From positions 620,001 through 684,000 of the forward strand of contig CATNEN010000038.1 of assembly GCA_950097015.1 (NCBI GenBank): DNA of 64,000 nucleotides, in the 5' to 3' direction. Shown piece by piece: positions 37,425 to 50,500 of the stretch. Position 1 is the stretch's first letter. The number at the start of each line of letters is the position of its first letter. Under the pieces are notes generated by a model. The model was given only the letters and a program-made list of their open reading frames with translations. It had not been told where the DNA came from and searched no databases. Origin of the DNA: Macrostomum hystrix (lineage: Eukaryota > Animalia > Platyhelminthes). The translations under genes and the position numbers were made by a program.

Positions 37425-39441
37425 GAGCGATCCCACTAAACTGGGGGATCTGGGAAGAGTGATGCCACAAAACTGGGGGATCTGGAAAGAGTGATGCCAC
37501 AAAACTGGGGGATCTGGGAGGAGTGATCCCACAAAACTGGGGGATCTGGGAAGAGTGATCCCACAAAACTGGGGGATCTGAGAAGAGTGATCCCACAAAA
37601 CTGGGGGATTTGGGAAGAGTGATCCCACAAAACTGGGGGATTTGGGAAGAGTGATCCCACTAAACTGGGGGATCTGGGAAGAGTGATGCCACAAAACTGG
37701 GGGATCTGGGAAGAGGGTGATGCCACAAAACTGGGGGATCTGGGAAGAGTGATGCCTCAAAACTGGGGGATCTGGGAAGAGTGATCCCACAAAACTGGGG
37801 GATCTGGGAAGAGTGATGCCACAAAACTGGGGGATCTGAGAAGAGTGATCCCACAAAACTGGGGGATTTGGGAAGAGTGATGCCATAAAACTGGGGGATC
37901 TGGGAAGAGTGATCCCACTAAACTGGGGGATCTGGGAAGAGTGATCCCACTAAACTGGGGGATCTGGGAAGAGTGATCCCACAAAACTGGGGGATTTGGG
38001 AAGAGTGATCCCACAAAACTGGGGGATTTGGGAAGAGTGATCCCACTAAACTGGGGGATCTGGGAAGAGTGATGCCACAAAACTGGGGGATCTGGGAAGA
38101 GTGATCCCACAAAACTGGGGGATCCGGGAAGAGTGATGCCACAAAACTGGGGGATTTGGGAAGAGTGATCCCACAAAACTGGGGGATTTGGGAAGAGTGA
38201 TCCCACTAAACTGGGGGATCTGGGAAGAGTGATCCCACTAAACTGGGGGATCTGGGAAGAGTGATGCCTCAAAACTGGGGGATCTGGGAAGAGTGATGCC
38301 ACAAAACTGGGGGATCTGGGAAGAGTGATGCCACAAAACTGGGGGATCTGGGAAGAGTGATGCCACAAAACTGGGGATCTGGGAAGAGTGATGCCACAAA
38401 ACTGGGGGATCTGGGAAGAGTGATGCCACAAAACTGGGGGATCTGGGAAGAGTGATGCCACAAAACTGGGGGATCTGGGAAGAGTGATCCCACAAAACTG
38501 GGGGATCTGGGAAGAGTGATGCCACAAAACTGGGGGATCTGGGAAGAGTGATGCCACAAAACTGGGGGATCTGGGAAGAGTGATCCCACAAAACTGGGGG
38601 ATCTGGGAAGAGTAATCCCACAAAACTGGGGATCTGGGAAGAGTGATGCCACAAAACTGGGGGATCTGGGAAGAGTGATGCCATAAAACTGGGGGATCTG
38701 GGAAGAGTGATGCCACAAAACTGGGGGATCTGGGAAGAGTGATCCCACTAAACTGGGGGATCTGGGAAGAGTGATGCCACAAAACTGGGGGATCTGGGAA
38801 GAGTGATGCCACAAAACTGGGGGATCTGGGAAGAGTGATGCCACAAAACTGGGGGATCTGGGAAGAGTGATCCCACAAAACTGGGGGATCTGGGAAGAGT
38901 GATGCCACAAAACTGGGGGATCTGGGAAGAGTGATGCCACAAAACTGGGGGATCTGGGAAGAGTGATGCCACAAAACTGGGGGATCTGGGAAGAGTGATC
39001 CCACAAAACTGGGGGATCTGGGAAGAGTGATGCCATAAAACTGGGGGATCTGGGAAGAGTGATCCCACAAAACTGGGGGATCTGGGAAGAGTGATGCCAT
39101 AAAACTGGGGGATCTGGGAAGAGTGATCCCACAAAACTGGGGGATCTGGGAAGAGTGATGCCACAAAACTGGGGGATCTGGGAAGAGTGATCCCACAAAA
39201 CTGGGGGATCTGGGAAGAGTGATGCCACAAAACTGGGGGATCTGGGAAGAGTGATGCCATAAAACTGGGGGATCTGGGAAGAGTGATGCCACAAAACTGG
39301 GGGATCTGGGAAGAGTGATCCCACAAAACTGGGGGATCTGGGAAGAGTGATGCCACAAAACTGGGGGATCTGGGAAGAGTGATGCCATAAAACTGGGGGA
39401 TCTGGGAAGAGTGATGCCACAAAACTGGGGGATCTGGGAAG
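37425..39441. repeat. 32-bp minisatellite (GATGCCACAAAACTGGGGGATCTGGGAAGAGT)n, ~63 copies, between anillin-like and COX6A
   Basis: Tandem periodicity (32-aa period in the ORF track = 3 x 32 bp). Confidence 0.98.
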
Positions 39442-40502
39442 AACTAATATGCCTGCAATGTTTGAGACTCAAAAACGCTCATCAAAGAAGAAGACAAACG
39501 AAAGACGATCGATTTGATTAAGCAGTCATTTAATCGTTGCGAAAAGGTTGTGGGAAAATGTTAGCAAAAATAATTAGAAGTAAAAATAAATTTACACAAC
39601 GGGATTATAGTTTGAGATGATGGGCGTGCAGTCAATGTGACAGCCACTAATACTCATAAATTAAATAAATATTTTAATTGTGATAGTAGCAGTGCAAAAA
39701 TGCTAATTAAACGCAAAATAAAATAAAATATACTTAATCGTACAGAATTACGAGTGAGTGAAATGCTTAACTAAAAGTTCAATTATCAAAGTTAAGTAGT
39801 CTATGCAATAATTATCGACGCATTTGTAAATAGTCTGAAATAAATTTTACAAAACTATAATAAAAAATGCACAAACCTAGCATCATGAGCAAGTTTAACC
39901 ATAAAGTATAGGAGAAAAAGAAGTCTAGAAAACATAGGCAGTAAAAATGCAAAAATATGCTGCTAAAGAGAACAGGTGTAAAATTAAAGGCTTTATAACC
40001 TAAGTGAAAATAATTTGTAGGTTAGGTAGAAGCGTAGAATAATATTTATAAACTTTAATTTTAAAGGTATACCATTTTTGATCTCCCCTAAAACACCCAC
40101 CCCATGTTTTCTTTCCTAAGTGTACGCAAATGACACCCACCCCAAATATTCTCTACCTATAGTGAATATAAAACAGACACCAACCTCAAATATTCTCTAC
40201 CCATTGTTTACGCAACTGACACCCACCCAAAATATTCTCTATTTCATTATCAACTCTGTTTCAATAAAAAAACACCGCCAAAATTAGCCCCAATGCCCTT
40301 GTCCAACAGCAAGATCAATTTATTTTCATTCTTTACATTGCAATAAAAAAGTAAAAAAAATATAGTAATATCTAAATCTAGACCCCTTAAACCGATTTTA
40401 ATGTTTCGAAATTGCTTCAATCAAACATGCAAAAAGCACATGGATATCATAAATACACACAGCGTAGTTTAAGAACTCAAAGTCAAAGCAAAAACAGAAA
40501 GT

Positions 40503-43500
40503 TCACTTGCAGTCATCACCGCTGCCCGCAGACGGGCCCCAGTTGCGCAGCTGCTGAAGCGCGGCATTCAGTCCACAGGACCAGGCGATGCGTTGCTCTC
40601 GCGATTCGCAGTTCAACAGCAGCAGAGGCTGACCGGCTTCGCCGCCTGAGCTAGCAGCCGACAGGCGCAAGCAGAGCGTGTGCCGACGAACGCAAACTTC
40701 TTCTGGGGCAATGCCCACAGTCTGGCCGGGTGGACAGCTGGTCAGGTCCACAGACTGCAGGCAGGGCAGGCCCTGCTCGCTGTCCTCCGGCCTGGTCCAG
40801 GCCCGCAGTCGCTCCGGAGTAAGCACCGTCCACAGGCGAGCCCAATCGGCCAATTCACCGACAAGCCGGTGCCAGGACAGATAGCCGGACAGACTGGCTC
40901 GAGGCGAGGCCGTGTGCCGCAGCTGGCAGTGCAAGGCCAGCTCGGGCAGCAGGGGACAAGCTGAGAGAGATCTGACAGACGCCAAATCCGGCTTGCTCAG
41001 AGCCAGAACTCCGGACCCGACGGTGGACAAGTTGAGGCTGGCCTCGCCGACTAGCTGAAAACCGGCAGCTTCGGCTTGTTCAAAGCTTGCAGCCCATGTG
41101 AGGCCTTCCGCGGTTGTCGCGGCCGCCGAAGCCGAAGCTGTTGTTGCAGTTGAACTAGCCGAGGCCGCTTTGAATGCCGATTTGATGCTGGGCGAGCGAG
41201 AAGCCGCCCCACCGCCAGTGTTGAAAGAGAAATTCAATAGGCGGCGCCTCTTCATGTGGGTCGCAGCTGCTGGAGAGGCCGCGTGCACCGAGAGGCTGCC
41301 GTTGCCGCCAGCGGGCTGATCATCGGCTGACGGCATCCAGTAAACGTGCACTTGAATCTGACGAGTAGAGAGAGGAGTATTGAACTATTTCAGATAAAAA
41401 GAGATTTAAAAAAACCTATTTTAACATTCGGGCTACTAAGCCATTTTGCCGCCTGTTTTAATACCAAAGCGGGCCTAAATATTTTTGGCAGCGCCTGAAT
41501 GCTAACAGCGCTGGGTAGTGACTGATTGGTTGACAGACTAGACAATGGTGTCCTGTGTTTGAGCTGCACCTAATATTTAGGCTTGAACAGTGAAATTGGA
41601 GAAGTTCGCGTCAGGGTGTCCCTAGTGGCCTAGTTCCCCCTGTTGTTGCCCTTGAAGGTCCAGCAGTCCGTCTAGATAAAGCTAGGTGACCACCGAAGAC
41701 GGTCTGAAGAGCTGGCGACTTGATTCTTGTTTCAGAAGATGCGCAACGAAAAGTTAGTCCGTGTTGTTGAGTTTTGTGTGTTTGCTTTGCTCCGTTCGGG
41801 TGAATTTCGGGGAAATTCCCCTCGTTAGTTCTACTGTTGAGAGTTAAGCGCCTTCTAGCTCGTAGTAAAAACCTCACCTGGAAGTCGTGTCTCAGCTGGT
41901 TGACGCTGACACAATTCGGTACCTCCAAGGCAATTGTCGGGCCTTCCGTCTGAGCAGCAGTCGTAGGCAACGCGGTCGACACGACTTCGGTGGCAATCAG
42001 ACGACCCTCAGGGCACAGTAGCAGACAGGCAAAATGATGACGGATTCGTGGTAGCTGAAGCTGCAGCCGTGGCAGCGTCAAGGACAGCCGCAGACCGCTC
42101 ACAGTAAGAGTGGCCAGCAGTTCAAATGAGGCGCCGATGGCTTGAGCAGCGGCAGCGGCGGCTGCAGCGGCGCCAGTTGAAGAAGCCGAAGACGCAATCG
42201 AGACGGCGTCATCGGCCGGCTGATCCAGTTGACGGAGCTGCTGCTTCAGGCGGCCGACCTCAGCTTGGTAGTGCTGCCGGCGGCTGCCGGCAAGTAAAAG
42301 AAGACGACTGGTCTCCACAGACTGCGACGGCGTGGTGCACAGAACGCGAGCCTTGCCCGCCTGGCGAAGAACCTGGCGGATTTGAGGCGCGACAGGTTTT
42401 TTCTGGAGTCATAGTAAAGATGACCGGGGTCATAGTTAAGATGACTGGGGTCATAGTTAAGATGACTGGGGTCATAGTCAAGATGACTATAGTCAAGATG
42501 ACTAGGGTCATAGTCAAGATGACTAAAGTCAAAATCAAGATGACTGGGGTCATAGTCAAGATGACTAAAGTCAAAATCAAGATGACTGGGGTCATAGTCA
42601 AGATGACTAAAGTCAAAATCAAGATGACTGGGGTCATAGTCAAGATGACTAAAGTCAAAATCAAGATGACTGGGGTCATAGTCAAGATGACTAAAGTCAA
42701 AATCAAGATGACTGGGGTCATAGTCAAGATGACTATAGTCAAGATGACTGGGGTCATAGTCAAGATGACTGTAGTCATTGATTAGGGTCATTGAGTGATG
42801 GCTGGGGTCATAGATGACTGGGGTCTTTGAGTGATGGCTAGGGTCATTGTCGAGAGTTACTAAAAAATTATTTGATAAAATCCAGGTCATATGGGCCACG
42901 AACCGACTCTTCAAGCATTATCAGCTGTTCCAGTCTGTCCAGGCGTTCCTTGACATCGCCGGTCACCGCAATGCCTTCATCGCCAAGCTGCGAGACACCG
43001 GTAGGCGCCTCGGCTTCGTCCTCCTCCCATTGACTTAGCAGGGCTTGCTGACTCAATCGGTACTGCTCAATGGTGATTGGCGGAGTCCTACTAGGAGACA
43101 CATTCTGCTTGCACGGCGAACGAAAATCGTGCTTAGGCGTCTGTTGCTGCTGCTGAAAGCTGGAGATGTCCTCACGCTTCAAGGCTTGGATTGCCCTGGA
43201 AAAGTTTTTGTTCACAGAATTTAAATCTATGCCTGGTAACTACATAACAGGGTGAACTCGCTAAAGGACACAAACTGTACAAGTGGAGCCGGGAATCGAA
43301 CCCCCGACCTTCAAGTTGTGATTCCGAAGCTCAAACGTCTAGGCTACAACCCTTATAATACACTAGTAAACACTGCTAATTATAATTAAAATTTGTATTT
43401 TGTCTGCGACCTTAAATTTAATAAACTAATTTTATAAGTTGACCGATTTTCGTCGAAGTCTACTATTTGGAAAAAAAATTACGCTCTTTACGATGAACTA

Positions 43501-45295
43501 ACTTTCAAAGCCGTCGAGTCAGCATTCATATAATCCATATAAGTTCAATAATAAACTAATTACCAATATAATCAATACAATTTGATCACCAATAGGCGAC
43601 AGGGTTACATGATAAATGGCGTTTAGAAAAACGATGTCTGAATTGCTGGTTATTGCCACCTGACACCCCACGAGAATCGCTGAATATCTCGACGATGCCG
43701 GTGTTTTGTGATTCTGGAAGCTGTTTCATCGCATGGAGGGGAAAAGTTTAACCCGGCATTCCGGATATTCATGCTGATTGGTTGAATATTTTAGAAGATA
43801 CAGAAAAATAAAATGTGGGTATTAATAAACCCCGTGATCTTCCTAATGTTAATCCAATGTTGTGTGACATTGAAGCTGTTACAGTAACACTAAGCCTTAA
43901 TCTTGTTTTTAATTGCTGTTTTTGCTTTAATTCCATGCAAAATATTTTTGTCGCACTTATCCATGCGGCGCAAATGCATAGAATGTCTCTACAAATAAGC
44001 TACCTATTCTCCGGTGTCCTGGCATCGGTCTCAGCCACTTTTGGGGGCGGCAACACAGCGGGCGATCGCTGATTAGCGCTGCCGCCTTCGGCCATAGACA
44101 ACAGATGCCTGCCGCTCCCAAACACGGTGGGCATCTCGGTCATCAGCATGCGATCAAAGGAGCCGCAAGAGTCGCTGCGTTGGCGAGAACCGTCGGGCAG
44201 CTGCTCATTGTCTGTATAGGCTTCGTCATGCATTGCTTCAGGCTCTGACTCAGCAGCGTCAGGCTCCTTTGCTTCAGTTGAAGCAGTAGATTGTACATTG
44301 TCTAATGACTGAACAGGCTCGGCGGCATCTGCTTTCTCAGCTTGTTCTTCTTGCTTTTTTTCATCAACTTTTTCGCCGGCATTAATAACCTCAGCTGATT
44401 CCATTGGTTCATTAACACTGCTCAGAGACTTGGCTCCTGCTTCTTCAGCAGAATGTTCAGCCGTGGCCATTGGTTCAATAACACTGCTCAGAGACTTGGC
44501 TCCTGCGTCTTCAGCAGAATGTTCAGCCGCGGCCATTGGTTCAATAACACTGCTTAGAGACTTGGCATCTGATGCTTCTTCAGCAGAATGTTCAGCCGTG
44601 GCCATTGGTTCAATAACACTGCTCAGAGACTTGGCTCCTGCGTCTTCTTCAGCAGAATGTTCAGCCGTGGCCATTGGTTCAATAACACTGCTCAGAGACT
44701 TGGCTCCTGCTTCTTCAGCAGAATGTTCAGCCGTGGCCATTGGTTCAATAACACTGTTTAGAGACTTGGCATCTGATGCTTCTTCAGCAGAATGTTCATT
44801 CGTGGAATTTCCTTCTCGCTGGTGTCGCTGCTTCACTGTATGAACGACCTCAGGAATCGAAGCAATCGAAGGTGCAACACAGCTTACTGAGATTTTGCTT
44901 TGAATGGTGTTTGCCTGAGTTTGAGCAGCAAGAAATTTCCTACGCATAGCAGCTACCAGACTGCCGGAAGCTGGCACCAGCTCGGATTCTGCAGCCTCCT
45001 TGGTGCCAGCTTTTTCTTGGTGCATTTTTGCCTGCTCAATTTCTACGCGTTGAATCGACGCTGGCCTTTTCTCCGGTGTCACTGGCCGAGTTCGGTGCGG
45101 CTCATTGGCAGCAGCGGCAGCTGGCTCATTGTGTTTGCGCTTTCTAATCAGACTGTACAGACTACCACCGCCGCTGCCTGGGTTTTCAGAATCGGCTTCT
45201 TGAACAACAGTCAGTACGGGAACTGCCCGATGAAGTTTGTTCTCCTTGTTATCGAGCTGCTCGGCGGTATCAGTGCGTTCTCCGTGTGTTTCCAT
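40503..45295 (-). CDS. Anillin/rhotekin-like protein, ~977 aa. Exons 45295-44004, 43195-42904, 42372-41878, 41357-40503
   Basis: Long disordered N-terminus; coiled RBD-like ERLDRLEQ...VLRQAGKA...ETSRLLLLAGSRR...EVGRLK; AH/C2-like LTVSGLRLSL...HDFQIQVHVY...FQLVGEASLNL; C-terminal PH domain SGYLS...WARLWTVL...ESREQRIAWSCGLNAALQQLRNW. Junctions frame-consistent. Confidence 0.82.
42408..42848. repeat. 21-bp minisatellite (GTCATAGTCAAGATGACTGGG)n with internal GTCAT/ATGAC inverted motif, anillin-like intron 2
   Basis: Tandem periodicity, alternating variants. Confidence 0.95.
43245..43352 (-). mobile_element. SINE family A 5' fragment (tRNA head)
   Basis: CTAAAGGACACAAA...GGGAATCGAACCCCCGACCTTCAAGT...TAGGCTACAACC matches 55100-55192. 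Confidence 0.75.
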
Positions 45296-45419
45296 GCTTT
45301 CTCGGGCGAGTTTTTAAATTTCTGAAACGAACAAATAGGAATCACAAGTAAACAATAATGACTTTAGCTTGAAGTCTTGATTTTCAACCTTAAGAATAAA
45401 TGCTATAAAATAAAGAGGG

Positions 45420-45830
45420 CAAGTGGCAGAGGTGAAGTGGTTAAAACGTTTGCCTCTCGCACTAAAGTCCCTGCGCTCGATTCCGCGGCGAGGCCATGCA
45501 CATTCATCTGGCGCCCTGGTTTGGGGGCTTGTCGTGCAATTTACGTCTTTGAGGACCAACCTCCAAGGCAAAGCGAGAGTGTACACTAAAGATGAGTTAG
45601 TTAAGAGTCAGGCGTGCTCAGGAGTGAGGTGTGCTCAGGAGTGAGGTGTGCTCAGGAGTGAGGTGTACTCAGGAGTCAGGTGTGCTCAGGAGTGAGGTGT
45701 GCTCAGTAGTTAGGGTGTACTCAGGAGTCAGGTGTGCTCAGTAGCCAGGTGTGCTCAGTAGTGAGGTGTGCTAAGGAGTGAGGTGTGCTCTGGAGTGTGC
45801 TCTGAGGCAGAATTTCCTCTTCGCTGCTGC
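45420..45830 (+). mobile_element. SINE family B copy with tRNA-like head and an internal 17-bp minisatellite (45605-45800)
   Basis: A/B-box-like GTGGCAGAG..TGG and GCTCGATTCC; body matches 7605-7830; (GTGCTCAGGAGTGAGGT)n replaces the single GTGCTCAGGAGTCA seen in other copies. Confidence 0.8.
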
Positions 45831-46402
45831 ATGTCTACTGTCCGCCTGTCTTCTGCCAAAATATAAAATAAAAAGTGAAGCCAGTTGCTACGTTGTTCAA
45901 AATGCAACCACAGCAACAAATATCTCACACACTCGAGGCAACACAAAACAATCAAACAAAATTGATAATTAGAAAACATAATTAGACCTACCACGTAAGC
46001 TTTTTATCTAGCAGTTTTTTAGGCGTGATTTTTTTTATTACATAGAAACTGAGAATGCAAAGTGTGAGGGCAGATCATGAAATGATTATTAAAGAGAGAC
46101 AGAACAATGCAAGATTGCATCATAACAGACAGACAGAAATTTCGCTTTCAACTTGAATACAAAATTAGTTAGAAAACATACGAAACAGAAAAATATATAT
46201 TACCATACAGTAACTGCTTTAGCATGGACACAGTGTCAAACATAGTCAGGAGCTTCAATGCAACAAAGCATTCGCACTGGGATGAGGACACCAAACATTG
46301 ATGCACAATAATGCACTAATTGCGCCTTTAAAAGCAGAAACAACAATCCCAACAACTGCTCGCCCCAACTCAAAGCCAACAAATCTTTTTTCAACTGGGA
46401 CT

Positions 46403-46801
46403 TCAACGGCCGCCGCCTCCGCGCCCGCCCCGGCCGCGTCCGCGTGGCGGTCCGCCGCGTCCGCGACCGCGACCGCGACCCCGGCCGCGCCCGCCAACCT
46501 GAGCGCCGGCGGAGGCTCCGGGACCCTCCTTCTTCTTCTTGATCTTTGGCGTGTCGTCAACTAGCAGAGTGTCCAGGGGCAGGTTGTCAGGCAGAATAAT
46601 GTAACGAATGTTGTTGCCACGGATGGTAAGAAAGTCTAATCCGATTGGATCTTTATTCTTTAGGGTCATTTTCACCTGGCGCAGGTGGGTGTTCATGGCG
46701 ACATCGACGCCAGTGATAGTTCCGTGCACAACTGTGCCATTCTTTAATTCAATGGTCACACTCTCGTGCGACAGCTTCATTAGAAAGCGAACCAGTTTCA
46801 T
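46403..46801 (-). CDS. SNRPD1: Small nuclear ribonucleoprotein Sm D1, 132 aa, intronless CDS
   Basis: [40 protein letters not shown]...[24 protein letters not shown] plus RG-repeat tail. Confidence 0.97.
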   Translation of the reverse strand: MKLVRFLMKLSHESVTIELKNGTVVHGTITGVDVAMNTHLRQVKMTLKNKDPIGLDFLTIRGNNIRYIILPDNLPLDTLLVDDTPKIKKKKEGPGASAGAQVGGRGRGRGRGRGRGGPPRGRGRGGRGGGGR

Positions 46802-46909
46802 TGCGCAGGGAGCTGAAATAGTGGATTCGGTAGTCAGGTAATTTGAATGCCATGCTTGGATTGACAACAGCAACGTATGATTATCGAAATCAGTCACATC
46901 TGATAACAG

Positions 46910-47240
46910 TGACTGACAGGTGTTAACCTGATTGCCTACCATTTGATAACCTGATTCACTAATACGTAAGAATCTGATTGCCTATCAGTTAATAACCTGA
47001 TTGCCTATCAGTTGATAACCTGATTGCCTAACAGGTGATAGCTAGATTGCCTAACAGGTGATAGCCAGATTGACTAACAGGCGAGAACCTGATTGACTTA
47101 CAGGTGAGAACCTGATTGACTTACAGGTGAGAACCTGATTGACTTACAGGTGAGAACCTGATTGACTTACAGGTGAGAACCTGATTGACTTACAGGTAAA
47201 AATTTGATTGCCTCCCAGTTGATAACCTGATTGCCTAACA
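46910..47240. repeat. 23-bp minisatellite (GAGAACCTGATTGACTTACAGGT)n with degenerate flanks, SMYD4-SmD1 spacer
   Basis: Tandem periodicity. Confidence 0.9.
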
Positions 47241-47504
47241 CAATGAACTAAAGGGTATCTAGCAGGCTATTTATTATTCTTCGACCAGAAATTTAGAAGA
47301 TGACCCAGCATGAATTTCCTTTGGTCTCAATGGATAGAAAGTTTACCTATACGTATTGAATGTAGAAAAAGAGAGAAAGAGAGAAGTGTAGTTTAAAAAA
47401 TAGAAATTCAGTCAAAATTACTTTTTTAAAGATTTTTATTTACTTCTAAACAACAGAAAATGCACACTACATTACACAAGAAGACAATATAAAAAAGTAA
47501 ATAA

Positions 47505-50500
47505 TTAACTCGACGAGTACATTGCTTCAAGCTCATTGATAAGCGGACAAGAGTCTGGCCCGCCATAGTACATGCGCAGCAAGCGCAAGCAGATCTCGCT
47601 TGTCTGCTTTAATCGTTCAGTTTCTCCAGCCAGAGCCAGCAGCTCACAGACTTTGAACAGCTCCTTAGCGTACTCAACTGAGTCTGAGCCGAATTGCACT
47701 TTAACAATGTTGGCGGACCGGATTGCGTGGGCGGCCGCCTGCCGAGGCTTGCCCAGGCGGGACAGGCACCTGCGGGTAGATTGAAATTTGACTCATCCAC
47801 AGCTCAGAGGACTCACCCACAGCTCAGAGGACTCACCCACAGCTCAGAGGACTCACCAACAGCTCAGAGGACTCACCCACAGCTCAGAGGACTCACCAAC
47901 AGCTCAGAGGACTCACCCACAGCTCAGAGGACTCACCAACAGCTCAGAGGACTCACCCACAGCTCAGAGGACTCACCAACAGCTCAGAGGACTCACCCAC
48001 AGCTCAGAGGACTCACCCACAGCTCAGAGGACTCACCCACAGCTCAGAGGACTCACCAACAGCTCAGAGGACTCACCAACAGCTCAGAGGACTCATCAAC
48101 AGCTCAGAGGACTCATCCACAGCTCAGAGGACTCACCAACAGCTCAGAGGACTCACCAACAGCTCAGAGGACTCACCAACAGCTCAGAGGACTCACCAAC
48201 AGCTCAGAGGACTCATCAACAGCTCAGAGGACTCACCCACAGCTCAGAGGACTCACCCACAGCTCAGAGGACTCACTCACAGCTCAGAGGACTCACCCAC
48301 AGCTCAGAGGACTCACCCACAGCTCAGAGGACTTACCCACAGCTCAGAGGACTCACCCACAGCTCAGAGGACTCACCAACAGCTCAGAGGACTCATCCAC
48401 ACAGCTCAGAGGACTCACCCACAGCTCAGAGGACTCACCCACAGCTCAGAGGACTCACCCACAGCTCAGAGGACTCACCCACAGCTCAGAGGACTCACCC
48501 ACAGCTCAGAGGACTCACCCACAGCTCAGAGGACTCACCAACAGCTCAGAGGACTCACCAACACCTCAGAGGACTCACCCACAGCTCAGAGGACTCACCA
48601 ACAGCTCAGAGGACTCACCCACAGCTCAGAGGACTCACCCACAGCTCAGAGGACTCATCCACAGCTCAGAGGACTCACCAACAGCTCAGAGGACTCACCA
48701 ACAGCTCAGAGGACTCACCCACAGCTCAGAGGACTCACCCACAGCTCAGAGGACTCACCCACAGCTCAGAGGACTCACCCACAGCTCAGAGGACTCATCC
48801 ACAGCTTAGAGGACTCACCCACAGCTCAGAGGACTCACCCACAGCTCAGAGGACTCACCCACAGCTCAGAGGACTCACCCACAGCTCAGAGGACTCACCC
48901 ACAGCTCAGAGGACTCACCAACAGCTCAGAGGACTCACCCACAGCTCAGAGGACTCACCCACAGCTCAGAGGACTCACCCACAGCTCAGAGGACTCACCC
49001 ACAGCTCAGAGGACTCACCCAACCCTCAGAGGACTCAGCGAACCCTCAGTGGACTCACTCATTTAAATGACAGATGTCCAACAACGCTAACAGAATGGCA
49101 GTCTACCTACCTGGCCTGAAGGTCGTGGCACCTGCCCAATCGGCTGTTTGCCGAGTACACACAGGCAGTAAGCTTGGCCTGGCAACCGCGTAGCAACGCC
49201 AGAGCATCCTCGGGTTGTTGGTCGGCTAGCAATCCAGCCTGAGTCAGACGAGAATTAGCGTCGTCAAGCTTAGCCGCCAAGTTGCTTAGCAACGTAGGAT
49301 CAGAGAACACGCTGCCGCAGGTTAGACAAGCAAGACTGGGATCCTGCACAAAAATTAACGAGTAACCAATAGCGATTACGAAAGTAGCGATTTAAAATTT
49401 ATCTTGTAATTCTCACCCGATCCAAATCATCACCTGACCAGGTTAGCAGGGCGGGCTGATCGCTGTTGCGACAGGCCGGCCCCGGGCAGCGCAGGGCCCG
49501 ATGTCGCTGATTGCCAGCGTCCTTAGCAACGCAGTGCAGACAATCGCATCGAAAGAAATACTGATCAGATAAGGACTGCCTGCGCTCTAGCCAATCGTGG
49601 CGTAGATAGTGCGGCCCGTAGCAGTTGAACACCTGGTCGCCAGGTGACAGATCCGCCAGAGCCCGCACAGAGACCAGGCCAGCCGCTCCGCTGAGAGTGG
49701 AGAATGTTGAAGCCACAGACGGTTGGCAGCTGTGATTCAGGCAGCTGGTGAGCGGATAGACTCCGCTGGCGATTCGCTGCTCGCCAAGCTGCAGAGTTAG
49801 CCGACCCTCGTCCGGATTGAACTCGTAGTGGCTGAGAATGGCGTGGGCGTTGCAGATGAGCTGCATGATGTGGCGAAGAAGCCGGGCAGAGACGCTGCGG
49901 GATTAGGGTTAGGTGGTTGGGCTTGGCTATTCAAGGAGGAATTCAGCTGGGGCAGAAATTTGGGCGGCATTGATGACTCCCAGTCCATGGACTGAACAGC
50001 GGTACGCCGCCAATTAGAAAGCGCAACTGTTGTACCCCTTGATCCTAATAATAATTGCAGGAGGGCTGCAGCCAATGGCACATTATTTGGTGACACTGTT
50101 GACCTGGAGCCAGCGAGGAAGAAATCCTGCCCATTTCGCTGACTCCTGAGCACACAAGCACACATACTGTACGGTCACACAGGTGTGTACATCTGCCCTG
50201 ACTTTCTCATCGTCAGACAATGTACACTCTCACTGTGCGTTGGAGGTTGACCCTCGAGGGCGTAAATTGCATGACAAGCCCCCAAGCCTTCTCTCCGCGG
50301 CTGCGCCCTAAGCGGCGAACAGCTCTGCTACTCCTGACATTGAACCTACAGTGTGATCTAAGCCAGAGGTCTAATTTTTTTTCACATTTAGGAAACCTGT
50401 ACGTAAGCGTTCACTACCATCAGACAGGCACAGACACCAATCAGTCTTACATCTGTTCCAGCTGTTCTCTGTCAACAGAAATCGGCGAAGCGCCAGTCAA

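Noticed and set aside
41695-41765. Possible Penelope-type hammerhead (CTGAAGA...CGAAAAGTTAGTC) in an anillin-like intron
   Set aside because: Stems I-III pair poorly by hand. At best a decayed remnant; an Infernal search with hammerhead models would be needed.
46802-46942. N-terminal extensions of SmD1 (and COX6A, 37319-37369) in the ORF track
   Set aside because: Conserved sequence starts at MKLVRF and MQSLKL; the extensions cross splice acceptors.
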